This document shows positions 45,674-54,592 of a DNA stretch of 64,000 bases, in pieces. This DNA comes from Candidatus Latescibacterota bacterium (GTDB lineage Bacteria; Latescibacterota; UBA2968; UBA8231). The translations under genes were made by a program, and so were the position numbers. Each line of letters starts with the position of its first letter. The first letter of the stretch is position 1. The stretch spans positions 3,040,001 to 3,104,000 of the forward strand of contig OZ242005.1 in the NCBI GenBank assembly GCA_965204725.1. The letters are read 5' to 3'. The notes beneath the pieces are model-generated. The model was not told the origin of the DNA. It saw only the letters and a list, made by a program, of their open reading frames with translations, and did not search any database.

Positions 45674-46210
45674 TCACGCTGGGTCCTCGAGCCAGTAGCG
45701 TTGGTATTCCTCCAAGAACGCCAGGGTCTGTAGGTCGGCCATGCGGTCGGGGAAGAGCACGCCGTCGAGATGGTCGATTTCGTGCTGGAGGACCCGGGCG
45801 AAAAGCCCCTCTGCTGCGAGCGTCATCGCACTACCTTTGCGGTCGTAGCCCCGGACTTCAACGGCTGCGGACCGCGGGACGACGCCGCGCAGTTGGGGAA
45901 TGCTCAAGCAGCCTTCCCAGCCCTCTAGGCACTCCGGCGACCGGGCGGCATACTGCGGATTGAAGAGCACGGTCAGTGGGATGGCGGCCTCGTCTTGGGG
46001 GTCGGCTTGGGGCGTGCCGAGGACGATCAGCCGCAGGGGTTCAAAGACTTGCGGCGCGGCCAAGCCAATGCCCTCGTAGTCGATCATGGTCTCGATCATG
46101 TCGTCGATTAAGCGCTGCATCGGGGGGCTTTGCATCTGGGCAGCGGGAATTTCTGCGGCGCGTTGGCGCAGCACCGGATGCCCCATCCGCGACACCTTGC
46201 GAATGGCCAT
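45674..46210 (-). CDS. def: Peptide deformylase (second paralog)
   Basis: GIGLAAPQ, EGCLS, QHEIDHL. Confidence 0.96.
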   Translation of the reverse strand: MAIRKVSRMGHPVLRQRAAEIPAAQMQSPPMQRLIDDMIETMIDYEGIGLAAPQVFEPLRLIVLGTPQADPQDEAAIPLTVLFNPQYAARSPECLEGWEGCLSIPQLRGVVPRSAAVEVRGYDRKGSAMTLAAEGLFARVLQHEIDHLDGVLFPDRMADLQTLAFLEEYQRYWLEDPA

Positions 46211-46214
46211 GGCG

Positions 46215-46799
46215 TTACGGCGCTTGGGACGCCGCCGAAAGGCAACAGCGGAAGCCGACTAAATCGAGGCGGTAATCGGGGCCGAGGAACCGCCCGTAGC
46301 GGGCGTCGGCCCGGGCTAGATTGATGTTGTGAAAAAAGGAGCCGCCGCGCACGACCCGCCAGCGCTCGGAGCGCGCATACCAAGATGCGGTCCACTCCCA
46401 AGCGTTGCCGATCATGTCATAGACCCCGTAGTCGTTGGTGCAGCGTTCATAGGTGCCGCTGGGCGCAAGGCCCGGCCCGCGCTGCCAGACCCCAGCAACG
46501 GCAAAGCGCGTATTGCAGCGCCCCGGCTCGAATTCCGCGCCATAGGAGTACGCGAAGTTTTGCGGCCCAGTGCAGGCTTTCTGCCATTCCTGTTCGGTAC
46601 ACAGCCGCTTGCCCTGCGCTGTGCAGAGCGATTCCGCTTCGCCCCAAGTGACGTCAACCTGGGGGAGAGCACCGCGCTGGTTGGGGTACTCGTACAGGTC
46701 GATGTAGAAGGCGTCATCGATCTGTACCATGCCTTCCACGTCGGACGCGGCTCGCGCTGGCAAGGCGAGCAAAAGGCAGAGGGCTAAGCGCTTGTCCAT
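46215..46799 (-). CDS. Secreted FGE-sulfatase (SUMF1/EgtB/PvdO family) domain protein
   Basis: Signal peptide; 'KRLCTEQEW', 'GVYDMIGNAWEW', 'VVRGGSF', 'GFRCC'. Confidence 0.9.
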   Translation of the reverse strand: MDKRLALCLLLALPARAASDVEGMVQIDDAFYIDLYEYPNQRGALPQVDVTWGEAESLCTAQGKRLCTEQEWQKACTGPQNFAYSYGAEFEPGRCNTRFAVAGVWQRGPGLAPSGTYERCTNDYGVYDMIGNAWEWTASWYARSERWRVVRGGSFFHNINLARADARYGRFLGPDYRLDLVGFRCCLSAASQAP

Positions 46800-46805
46800 G
46801 GCGGC

Positions 46806-47600
46806 TCATTCCGCAAATTGTACCGCGCCAAAGCGGGCGGGGTGGTGAAAGCCGCGCTGGTAGGTCTCGCTCCAAGCCGTGTACTCGGTTTGTTCGTGGT
46901 AGTGCTGGCGGAGCGCGTCTGCGTCTGGGAGGTCGTTTAGGCGGCTTTTTAGCGCGCGCCCGGCCTTGCGTTCGATGCGGTAGAGATTGAGTCGCCAGAC
47001 ATCGCCTACGGCCGGGTATCCACCGCCGGTGACGCTATCGGCTAGAGCGGCCCAAGGAATGGCGATTTCCGCGGTCCAGCCCCAGTCGAGCGAGAGCGAG
47101 TCGTTTACTGTGCCGTGGGCTTGGACCGCTGTTTTAAGCCCGGCTATATCCCAGTCTTTGGACGAGTGCCACTCGGGCGAGATCGAATAAATCAGCAAAT
47201 CGACGACTACGTTGTGTGGGTTGACCTCCAGCTCTAGGTAGCGTTTGCCGTCGCCATCGGGGTCGATGAAGATCTCCACGACTTCCTCGTCCCATAGCGG
47301 ATCGTCTTCCTCTGTGGAAATAGCCCACATGTCTGCATCTTGACAGACGAAAGCAAAGTAAAAATAGTCGCTATCCCACAGCATCTTCGCCCGCGTGGGA
47401 AAGAGCACCTCGTCATACTCGTTGAGGATGCGCTCAAAGTGGTTGATTTGCTGCGCCCGTTCCCACGAGAATTCGTCCAGTTTGCCATCGACGACGACCG
47501 GTTTGAGGGCGCGTTGTACTGCGTACTGCGCCGACAGCCCTACTTGGGCGGACGCTGCAAGGGGGAGGGCGGCGAGCATCAGGATTGTCAGGAAGTGCAT
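46806..47600 (-). CDS. Secreted carbohydrate-binding family 9-like (DOMON-like) protein
   Basis: Signal peptide; 'VVDGKLDE.SW', 'KMLWD', 'EVVEIFIDP', 'WTAEIAIPW', 'WRLNLYR'. Confidence 0.85.
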   Translation of the reverse strand: MHFLTILMLAALPLAASAQVGLSAQYAVQRALKPVVVDGKLDEFSWERAQQINHFERILNEYDEVLFPTRAKMLWDSDYFYFAFVCQDADMWAISTEEDDPLWDEEVVEIFIDPDGDGKRYLELEVNPHNVVVDLLIYSISPEWHSSKDWDIAGLKTAVQAHGTVNDSLSLDWGWTAEIAIPWAALADSVTGGGYPAVGDVWRLNLYRIERKAGRALKSRLNDLPDADALRQHYHEQTEYTAWSETYQRGFHHPARFGAVQFAE

Positions 47601-47661
47601 AGCATAATTCTCCTTTTTAGAGGGCTGAATATACGAAAATCGCTCGGGCTGACCAAAAATG

Positions 47662-47747
47662 CTTACTACACGCTGTCTTTCTAAGGATCGAGGGCATCTT
47701 GCCCTCGTCGAGGGCGGGACGCCCTCGATCCAAGACGCTGTACTTAG
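47662..47747. mobile_element. MITE copy 2 (86 bp) with 9-bp target-site duplication
   Basis: Ends CTTACTACACG...GTACTTAG; flanked by CCAAAAATG at 47653-47661 and 47748-47756; core 47685-47731 matches copy 1 at 46 of 47 nt. Confidence 0.85.
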
Positions 47748-47756
47748 CCAAAAATG

Positions 47757-47792
47757 TAAAAGGGACGCTGCCAAGCTGGCACCGCCCCTTTA
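47757..47792 (-). terminator. Probable terminator of the amtB-glnK-porin operon
   Basis: Stem AAAGGGACGCTGCCA/TGGCACCGCCCCTTT with two mismatches, short U-tract on the minus strand. Confidence 0.55.
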
Positions 47793-47814
47793 GTCCCGCT
47801 GCTACAGACCCGGC

Positions 47815-48462
47815 TTAGAAGCTCCTGCCAAAGACGAGGAAGGAGCTTTCTCTGTTTGGATTGAGGATGTACGAGGCGAAGTAATCGCCCTTGCCCATGT
47901 TGAGGCCGACGCTGACCAAGGCCGGGTCGGTATCTGTGGTGTAAACCCCGTTGCCAAAGCCGGCGGTGACGCTGACGGCGGTCTCTTCCATCTCGCCCAA
48001 GTCGTAGGTCGCTTCCACCCAGAACGAATCGTCGGGGTCGCCGGAGAAGTTGAAGGCCGCTAGGGCACTCAAGGGCATGCCGTCGAGGGCGAGAGACGCG
48101 CTGATCTCGAGGATGTGTACTGCGTCGTCGTTGCTGAAGCTGAAGAACGAGTCGTCTTCGGTCAGGCCCGGGAAGTAGTAGTCGGTCAGGGTAATCCCGA
48201 TGGGACCGGAAGAAAAACTGGCGTAGAGGTCGTTCTCGTTGGCACCGCCGTCGGTGATGGCCCACGACGACCACGCGCCGATTTCGATGTTGCCGTGGCT
48301 GATGGACATGCCCGGCTGGACGCTGACGGCGTTGCCAAAGTCCGTGCCGCGCCACACATAGCGGTTGACTACGTCGGCGCCAAAGCCAACCCCGGCATCG
48401 GCCGGAACGGCGGCTAAAGCCAGCGCAAAGAGAAGGGGTACGGCAAAAAGCAAGCGGTTCAT
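47815..48462 (-). CDS. Outer-membrane porin-like protein (TorF/TIGR02001-like)
   Basis: Signal peptide; 'VNRYVWRG', 'VQPG', 'GAWSS', 'ENDLY', 'TDYYFP'; C-terminal F; AAGGAG RBS. Confidence 0.75.
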   Translation of the reverse strand: MNRLLFAVPLLFALALAAVPADAGVGFGADVVNRYVWRGTDFGNAVSVQPGMSISHGNIEIGAWSSWAITDGGANENDLYASFSSGPIGITLTDYYFPGLTEDDSFFSFSNDDAVHILEISASLALDGMPLSALAAFNFSGDPDDSFWVEATYDLGEMEETAVSVTAGFGNGVYTTDTDPALVSVGLNMGKGDYFASYILNPNRESSFLVFGRSF

Positions 48463-48563
48463 TAAGGTCTCCTTAATGGATTGAGGTGTACTGCGTCGAG
48501 TGATAGTAAGGTAAGATAAGAGATGGGGCCGGAACAACCAAAGGGTGCGCCGGCCCCTTGCTA

Positions 48564-48902
48564 TCACAGGGCGCTTTCGCCCGTCTCGCCAGTGCGGATG
48601 CGCACGGCCTCTTGGATGGGCGAGGCAAAGACCTTACCGTCGCCGACCTTGCCGGACTTGGCCGCCTCGACGATGGTGTGGATCGCCTGCTCGTGGTCTG
48701 CGTCCTTGACGACGACCTCGACTTTGACCTTGGGGACGAAATCAATGCGGTACTCGGCGCCGCGATAGACCTCGCGATGGCCGCGCTGGCGACCAAAGCC
48801 CCGCACTTCGGTTACGGACATGCCGGCGATGCCCCGTTCGCCCAGAGCCTTCTGCACGTCCTCAAGGACCGATGGCCGGAGAAATGCTTCAATTTTATAC
48901 AT
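48564..48902 (-). CDS. glnK: P-II nitrogen regulator
   Basis: 112 aa; GFGRQRG, YRGAEY T-loop, GKVGDGKVF, RIRTGETG; adjacent to amtB. Confidence 0.95.
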   Translation of the reverse strand: MYKIEAFLRPSVLEDVQKALGERGIAGMSVTEVRGFGRQRGHREVYRGAEYRIDFVPKVKVEVVVKDADHEQAIHTIVEAAKSGKVGDGKVFASPIQEAVRIRTGETGESAL

Positions 48903-48919
48903 CGTTGTTCTCCCTTCGC

Positions 48920-50266
48920 TTAGTTGTTGATGTGCTGGAAATCCGCGTACGCGGGCTGGCCGTGCTCACTGAGGTCGAGACCCTCGTCTTCTTCCTCCTC
49001 GTCGACGCGGAACCCGAGTGTCGCCTTGACGATGATCGCGAGGACCAAGGAAAAGACAAAGGCGAAGAGGGCATACGACAGAGTGCCCAATAGCTGGGTG
49101 CCCACGCTGTGGTCGGCGTTGGTGCTGAACAGCCCGACCGCGACCGTACCCCAGATGCCGCAGATGCCGTGAACGGAGATGGCACCAACCGGATCGTCGA
49201 TTTGGATGCGGTCGATAAAGACAATGGCAAAAACGACGATGACCCCGGCGAGCAGCCCAATCCAAATCGCCCCCCCCCAAGTGACCACATCGGCCCCAGC
49301 CGTGATGCCCACAAGCCCGGCGAGGATGCCGTTGAGAGCCATGGTGATGTCGGGCTTCTTGAGATAGATATAAGAAGTGAAAATCGAGGCCATGCAGCCG
49401 GCCGCAGCGGCGAGGGTCGTGGTGACGAAAACCAGCGATACGGCCGCCGGGTCGGCGCTGAGCACTGAGCCGCCGTTGAAGCCGAACCAGCCGAGCCAGA
49501 GCAGGAAGACGCCGATGGTTGACAGCGGCATGCTGTGCCCGAGGATGGGCCTGATTTCTCCATTGACGTACTTGCCCTTGCGCGCCCCTAGCACCAAGAC
49601 AGCGGCGAGGGCCGAGAAGCCGCCAAAGGCGTGGACGACCGACGAGCCGGCGAAATCGTAGAAACCGAGGTCGTCGAGCCAGCCGGCACCCCACTTCCAA
49701 GAGCCGGCTATGGTGTAGCCAAAGGCCACCAAAATAGCGGCGTAGAGCATAAAGCCCGACAGCTTGACGCGCTCGGCCACCGCACCGGAGACGATGGTCG
49801 CGGCGGTCGCGGCGAACATGGCTTGGAAGATGAAGTCCGACCAGTAGGTGTAATCGGCGTATTGATTGGTCAGGTTGGCCACGTCGTTGTCAAAGCCGAT
49901 CCACCCCTTGAGGGCCAACACATCGGCGATGAGCCAATCGTCGCCCGGATACATAATGTTGAAGCCGCACAAGGCGTAGGTGAGGACGCCGGCCGAGATG
50001 ATAAAGAGGTTCTTAAAGAGGATGTTGACCGTGTTCTTCTGCCGGGTCAGGCCGGATTCGAGCGTGGCAAAGCCCAAGTGCATGATGAAGACCAAGACGG
50101 CGGCCATGAGAATCCACAGGTTGTCCACCATGAATTTGGGATAGGCCAAGGGCATGGCCTTGAAGGCTTCTACGGTGTTGAAATCCCCGGCTGAAGCCCA
50201 AGTGGTCGCCCCGAGGACCCCGGCACAGATCCACAAGAGCGAAAGACGGTTGCGAAAAACAGGCAT
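48920..50266 (-). CDS. amtB: Ammonium transporter
   Basis: 'FQAMFAATAATIVSGAVAER', 'DFAGSSVVH', 'LWLGWFGFNGGS', 'IDDPVGAISVHG', 'GLDLSEHG'. Confidence 0.97.
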   Translation of the reverse strand: MPVFRNRLSLLWICAGVLGATTWASAGDFNTVEAFKAMPLAYPKFMVDNLWILMAAVLVFIMHLGFATLESGLTRQKNTVNILFKNLFIISAGVLTYALCGFNIMYPGDDWLIADVLALKGWIGFDNDVANLTNQYADYTYWSDFIFQAMFAATAATIVSGAVAERVKLSGFMLYAAILVAFGYTIAGSWKWGAGWLDDLGFYDFAGSSVVHAFGGFSALAAVLVLGARKGKYVNGEIRPILGHSMPLSTIGVFLLWLGWFGFNGGSVLSADPAAVSLVFVTTTLAAAAGCMASIFTSYIYLKKPDITMALNGILAGLVGITAGADVVTWGGAIWIGLLAGVIVVFAIVFIDRIQIDDPVGAISVHGICGIWGTVAVGLFSTNADHSVGTQLLGTLSYALFAFVFSLVLAIIVKATLGFRVDEEEEDEGLDLSEHGQPAYADFQHINN

Positions 50267-50373
50267 GGGCAATCCCTTCCCTTTAGTGGTTAGCCGCCGA
50301 CGGTGGGACTAATCACTAATGAATGAAGTATGAGGAGGCGTCTGGGCGACGCCTCGTGGATGCCAACGCATAA

Positions 50374-50389
50374 TGCAAGAAATGTGCCA
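50374..50389 (-). promoter_or_regulatory. Sigma54 promoter of amtB-glnK
   Basis: Minus strand TGGCAC-ATTTC-TTGCA, full consensus. Confidence 0.9.
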
Positions 50390-50479
50390 AGTGGATTGGG
50401 CGCGGATACTTCAGAATTGTAGCTTATTGTAAATTCGGGAGTTAGAAAAAATAACAATAAAGAGGGGGACGAGGTGGGC

Positions 50480-50530
50480 ATAAGCTACAAAATTGAAACA
50501 GTAGGAATAAACAACAATTTTGTAGCTTAT
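50480..50530. promoter_or_regulatory. 16-bp perfect inverted repeat, candidate activator-binding site
   Basis: ATAAGCTACAAAATTG (50480-50495)/CAATTTTGTAGCTTAT (50515-50530); third TTGTAGCTTAT at 50417-50427. Confidence 0.65.
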
Positions 50531-50534
50531 ATGG

Positions 50535-52088
50535 CTATTTCTTGTAATTTTTCGGGCAGATGTCCAGTTTTTGGATGCGATACGAGAAAATGCGAGTCGT
50601 GGTGCCGAGGGCGCGGGCGGCCTTGGCCATATTGCCGCGGGCGTTTTTGAGGGCCTCGATGACGATTTCTCGTTCATAAGCCCGCATCATCGTCTCAAAC
50701 GAGCCGGCGACCGGCGTTCCAGTCGCGTCCGCCGTTTGCAGGGAAGGGGGCAGGTGGTGGCCGTGGATGACGCCGTCGTTGCTGAGAATGATCGCCCGTT
50801 CAATGCAGTTTTCCAACTCGCGCACGTTGCCCGGCCAGTGGTAGCTCATCATCATGTCAATGGCGGGCGTAGAGATGCGGTACATCTCCACGCCGTGCTG
50901 GCGAGAGTACTTTTCGAGGAAGTGGTCGGCGAGTTGGAGGACGTCGGATTTGCGCTCGCGCAAGGGCGGAATGAAAATGGGAAAGACATTGAGTCGGTAG
51001 AAGAGATCCTCGCGGAAGGCCCCCTCGGCCATGGCTTTTTCCAAGTCGATGTGGGTCGCCGCGACGACGCGGACATCAATCGCTATAGGACCGCGGCCGC
51101 CGAGGCGCTCGACCTCGCGGTTTTGCAACACGCGGAGCAGCTTGACTTGGGTGCCGAGGCTGAGCTCGCCGATTTCATCGAGGAAGATCGTCCCGCCGCG
51201 GGCGCGCTCAAACCGGCCGGCTTTGCTCGTCGAGGCCCCGGTGTACGCGCCGCGCTCGTGGCCGAATAACTCGGCTTCGACCAAGGTCTCCGGCAGGGCC
51301 GCAACATGCACTTTGACAAAGGGCTTGTCGGCACGTAAGCTGTTGTAATGTATGGCATCTGCGGCAAGTTCCTTACCCGTACCGCTCGCGCCGCGCAACA
51401 GGACCGTGGCGTCGCTGGAGGCCACTTGGCCGATGAGCTGGCCCACCTCCTGCATGGGTCGGGAGTTGCCGATGAGATTGGCGGGGTGGAAGCGCGCGCG
51501 GAGTTCCTTTTGCAGGCGCAAGTTTTCGTCGAGCAGCTCGGTTTGCTCGGCGCGGGCGCGTTGTCGGGCGGCGACCGATTGGCCGATCATGGCGGATATG
51601 ATGGACAGCAGGCGCACGGTATCTTGCAGGCTTTCGTTGTTCTTATAAGGAATATCAACGCTAATGGTGCCTACTACCCGCTGCTGCTGGAGGATCGGTA
51701 CGCAAATAAACGAGGTCTGGCTCTTGGCCGCGCTGCCGCGGGCGCCGGTGCGGTTGAGGAAGAGAGGCTCGCTGCTGATGCGCGGCACGATCACGGGTTT
51801 GCCAGATTCTACGACCTTGCCGGTGACGCCTTCGCCGACGTCGTAACGGCCTCGCTTGATTTCCGATTTCGAGAGTCCATAAGCCACGTCGATGGAGACT
51901 TCGGCGGCCGCTTGGCTCAAGAGGCTGACTGTTCCCAAGCTCATGTCGAGTTGGTCGCACATGAGCTTGAGAATGGCGTTGAGTGCCTCCTCAAACTCGG
52001 TCGTCGAGCCTAGTATTTGCCCGATGCTGTGCAAGATGGAGATCTGTTGTTGCGCTCTGGCGGTCGGTGAGATGGACATTTGAGGCAT
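50535..52088 (-). CDS. GAF-domain sigma54 activator (NifA-like architecture)
   Basis: N-terminal GAF ('GEGVTGKV', 'EPLFLNRTG', 'SFICVPI'), GASGTGKE, GAYTGA, WPGNVRELEN, HTH. Confidence 0.92.
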   Translation of the reverse strand: MPQMSISPTARAQQQISILHSIGQILGSTTEFEEALNAILKLMCDQLDMSLGTVSLLSQAAAEVSIDVAYGLSKSEIKRGRYDVGEGVTGKVVESGKPVIVPRISSEPLFLNRTGARGSAAKSQTSFICVPILQQQRVVGTISVDIPYKNNESLQDTVRLLSIISAMIGQSVAARQRARAEQTELLDENLRLQKELRARFHPANLIGNSRPMQEVGQLIGQVASSDATVLLRGASGTGKELAADAIHYNSLRADKPFVKVHVAALPETLVEAELFGHERGAYTGASTSKAGRFERARGGTIFLDEIGELSLGTQVKLLRVLQNREVERLGGRGPIAIDVRVVAATHIDLEKAMAEGAFREDLFYRLNVFPIFIPPLRERKSDVLQLADHFLEKYSRQHGVEMYRISTPAIDMMMSYHWPGNVRELENCIERAIILSNDGVIHGHHLPPSLQTADATGTPVAGSFETMMRAYEREIVIEALKNARGNMAKAARALGTTTRIFSYRIQKLDICPKNYKK

Positions 52089-52236
52089 CCTGTTCTACGA
52101 CGTTTTTGTCGTTAATATGGATAAAAGCAACATTTTTGTAAATGTAGAAAAACGAAAAATCGGCCAAAATACCGGGGTACGCGCCGAGAGGGGCGTCATT
52201 TTAGTCCATAATAAACGAGGCATCGTACATTGTTGT

Positions 52237-52252
52237 AGCATAAACTATGCCA
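52237..52252 (-). promoter_or_regulatory. Probable sigma54 promoter of the NifA-like gene
   Basis: Minus strand TGGCAT-AGTTT-ATGCT with correct GG-N10-GC spacing. Confidence 0.6.
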
Positions 52253-52362
52253 TCGCAGGCTAGCGGGTCCGCGGGCAGATCATTGCCGTAACGCATCAAC
52301 TCGGTTATTATTCTGCAATGAGAATTTCTGAAGTCAGCAAACAGAGGTCGTGAGAGGTTGGC

Positions 52363-53136
52363 ATGAGTCGAGATATGACCGACCTATTAAATGAATGGTC
52401 TTTCGATCCAGAGGCGAATGTGCGGAAAGTGTCGGGTAGGGACGGGGTTGCAAAGATCCAGATTCGGGTGGACCAAGGGGCCTTTCAGGGCATTTTGCAG
52501 CTAAACCTCGACGGCCGGCCCGACGGTCGCCGGCCCCACGGGCGGGACTTTGCCCTCGATTACTACCATGACGAACTAAAAAAATACCGCCGCCAGCACG
52601 GGGGCAGCGACGAGGGCTTCGCACTCGACGAAGCGGCTTGCCACGAGCTTTTTGACGAAGGGAGCCGCTTGTACAAGCGCTACGCCTTTCTGCTCCAACT
52701 ACACGACTACCGGCGGGTCGTGCGCGATACCGAGCGCAATATGGTGCTCTTCCGGTTTGTCAATCGCTATGCCGAGGACGAAGAGGACCGCGACAATCTG
52801 GAGAAATGGTGGCCTTATCTCTTGCGCATCAACGGCGTAGCCCGGGCCATGATCGCCATCGGCAACCAAGACTACGACCGGGCGTTGGCCGTCGTGCAGG
52901 GGACCCGCGACCAGATTGGCACGTGGCCCGAGGTGGAGGCCGAGGAGTTCTACATCGAGCGCGAGCGTTCAGAAGCCGCGCTCGAAGAGCTGGAGCAGGA
53001 AATTTTGCAAAAGAGACCGCTGAGCCAAAAGGAGCAGCTAGAGCGCTGGCTACAAGAAGCGGTCGATAGCGAAGAATTTGAAAAAGCCGCGCTCTTGCGC
53101 GACGAACTCAAGAAGTTGCGGGAAGGCGAAGGCTGA
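52363..53136 (+). CDS. Conserved hypothetical protein with C-terminal UvrB/UvrC coiled-coil motif
   Basis: 'LDGRPDGRRPHG', 'YRRVVRDTERN', C-terminal 'LQEAVDSEEFEKAALLRDEL'. Confidence 0.85.
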   Translation: MSRDMTDLLNEWSFDPEANVRKVSGRDGVAKIQIRVDQGAFQGILQLNLDGRPDGRRPHGRDFALDYYHDELKKYRRQHGGSDEGFALDEAACHELFDEGSRLYKRYAFLLQLHDYRRVVRDTERNMVLFRFVNRYAEDEEDRDNLEKWWPYLLRINGVARAMIAIGNQDYDRALAVVQGTRDQIGTWPEVEAEEFYIERERSEAALEELEQEILQKRPLSQKEQLERWLQEAVDSEEFEKAALLRDELKKLREGEG

Positions 53137-53209
53137 GCCGCGTACTGATCCCACCGAATTGCGGTCCGCTGCCCGCGCTAGGGCAGCGGACTCTGCAATC
53201 CTTGCAATC

Positions 53210-54082
53210 CTAGTAAAACTCCGTCTCATCCACCAACGCGAGCAGCGACTGGTAGCGAGTCGGGTGGCGGAGCTTGCTCAGGGCGCGTTCCTTGAGCTGG
53301 CGCACGCGCTCCCGCGTCAGGCCCATCAACCCGCCGATCTGCTCCAAGGTCAGAGCTTGGCTGCCATCGAGACCGAAGTAGAGGCGAATGATGCGCAACT
53401 CGCGATCTTCGAGGCTGGCGAGGGCTTCCTCTAAATGGGCGCGGGCCGAGCTTTGCAGGACGTCGCTGTCGGGCGTCTCCTGATTGTCGTCGGCGAGGAG
53501 GCTGAGCAGGCTGCGGTCGTCGTCGTCCTCAAAGGACTCGTCGAGCGAACGCACCGAGCGGGCGCTGAGCATGGTGTCGAGCACTTCCTCGCTCGGCATG
53601 CCGAGCTCTGCGGCGATTTCCTCGACATCCGGCTCGCTCTCGCGACCTTGGCCCAGCTTGCGCACGGCGCGCGAAATGTCCTTGAGCAGGCTGAGCTTGT
53701 TCAGAGGCAGGCGCACGGTGCGAGCGTGCTCGGCGATGGTCTGCAAGATGGACTGCTTGATCCACCACACGGCGTACGAGATAAACTTGTATCCCTTGGT
53801 GCCGTCGAAGCGCTCGGCAGCGGTCAGCAAACCTACGTTGCCCGCGCTGATTAGGTCCTCTAGCGAGAGACCGCGGTTTTGGTAATTTTTGGCCACATCG
53901 ATGACGAAGCGCAGGTTGGCTTGAACCAACTCGTCGCGGGCGACCATGTCGCCGTCTTGGATCCGCGCCGACAGCTCGACTTCCCGCTGGCGGCTCAGCG
54001 GCCTAGAATCGGCGATGTCGTCGAAGTAGAGGCGCAGCGTGTTGTCCTCGTCATTTAGGGCTTCTTGGATCGCGTAAGCCAT
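53210..54082 (-). CDS. Sigma70-family factor, group 2-like (lacks region 1.1)
   Basis: 'LVQANLRFV', 'DLISAGNVGL', 'KFISYAVWWIKQ', 'LTRERVRQLKERAL'; GGGAGG RBS before ATG 54082. Confidence 0.93.
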   Translation of the reverse strand: MAYAIQEALNDEDNTLRLYFDDIADSRPLSRQREVELSARIQDGDMVARDELVQANLRFVIDVAKNYQNRGLSLEDLISAGNVGLLTAAERFDGTKGYKFISYAVWWIKQSILQTIAEHARTVRLPLNKLSLLKDISRAVRKLGQGRESEPDVEEIAAELGMPSEEVLDTMLSARSVRSLDESFEDDDDRSLLSLLADDNQETPDSDVLQSSARAHLEEALASLEDRELRIIRLYFGLDGSQALTLEQIGGLMGLTRERVRQLKERALSKLRHPTRYQSLLALVDETEFY

Positions 54083-54397
54083 GGCGAAACCTCCCTTGGG
54101 TAATGGGTCAGCAGGTGCAAATTTTTGCACTCGATTGCAACCACTTTGGCCTTGTATCCCGCAAGGCACTCGAATTGCACGAGTTAGAAGCGTCCGGCTT
54201 TAGCTGCTTAAAGTGCAAAATTTGCATTCCTATCGTTTCGGTGCGGGGTTGCAAAGCGTCCCCGCGTTGTTGTGTGCTTAGTCCGACTGGATTGTTTGCT
54301 CTGCATTAACAAACAGTTAAGGTCGCTGGAGGGGGGTGAAGCATCCTCCCGATGCGCGGCTGGCGACCGGCACTCTTTTCGACTCGCGTACTATATA

Positions 54398-54413
54398 AGC
54401 AAATCCAATGCCA
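54398..54413 (-). promoter_or_regulatory. Sigma54 promoter upstream of the sigma factor gene
   Basis: Minus strand TGGCAT-TGGAT-TTGCT, with an AT-rich tract (about 54430-54470) just upstream. Confidence 0.8.
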
Positions 54414-54592
54414 CACTGGGTTGCCTACTAGCTAAAGTACTGTAAATTATTTATTTACGAAAAATGAACTACTGGGAGAGGATCGCGGCGAGAGGCCGGG
54501 CAAGGGCAAAAGTGCAAAAAATGCAGAAGTCGCCTAAAATTGACGAGTGAGCCGTTGACTGGGCACCGGGTCGGCAACGGCGAATAGAGCGT

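Noticed and set aside
50535-52088. Calling the gene nifA and inferring nitrogen fixation
   Set aside because: Only the domain architecture is NifA-like; no nif structural genes in the window.
54306-54344. 12-codon leader peptide MLHPPPATLTVC on the minus strand
   Set aside because: GGAGG abuts the ATG with no spacer; no other support.
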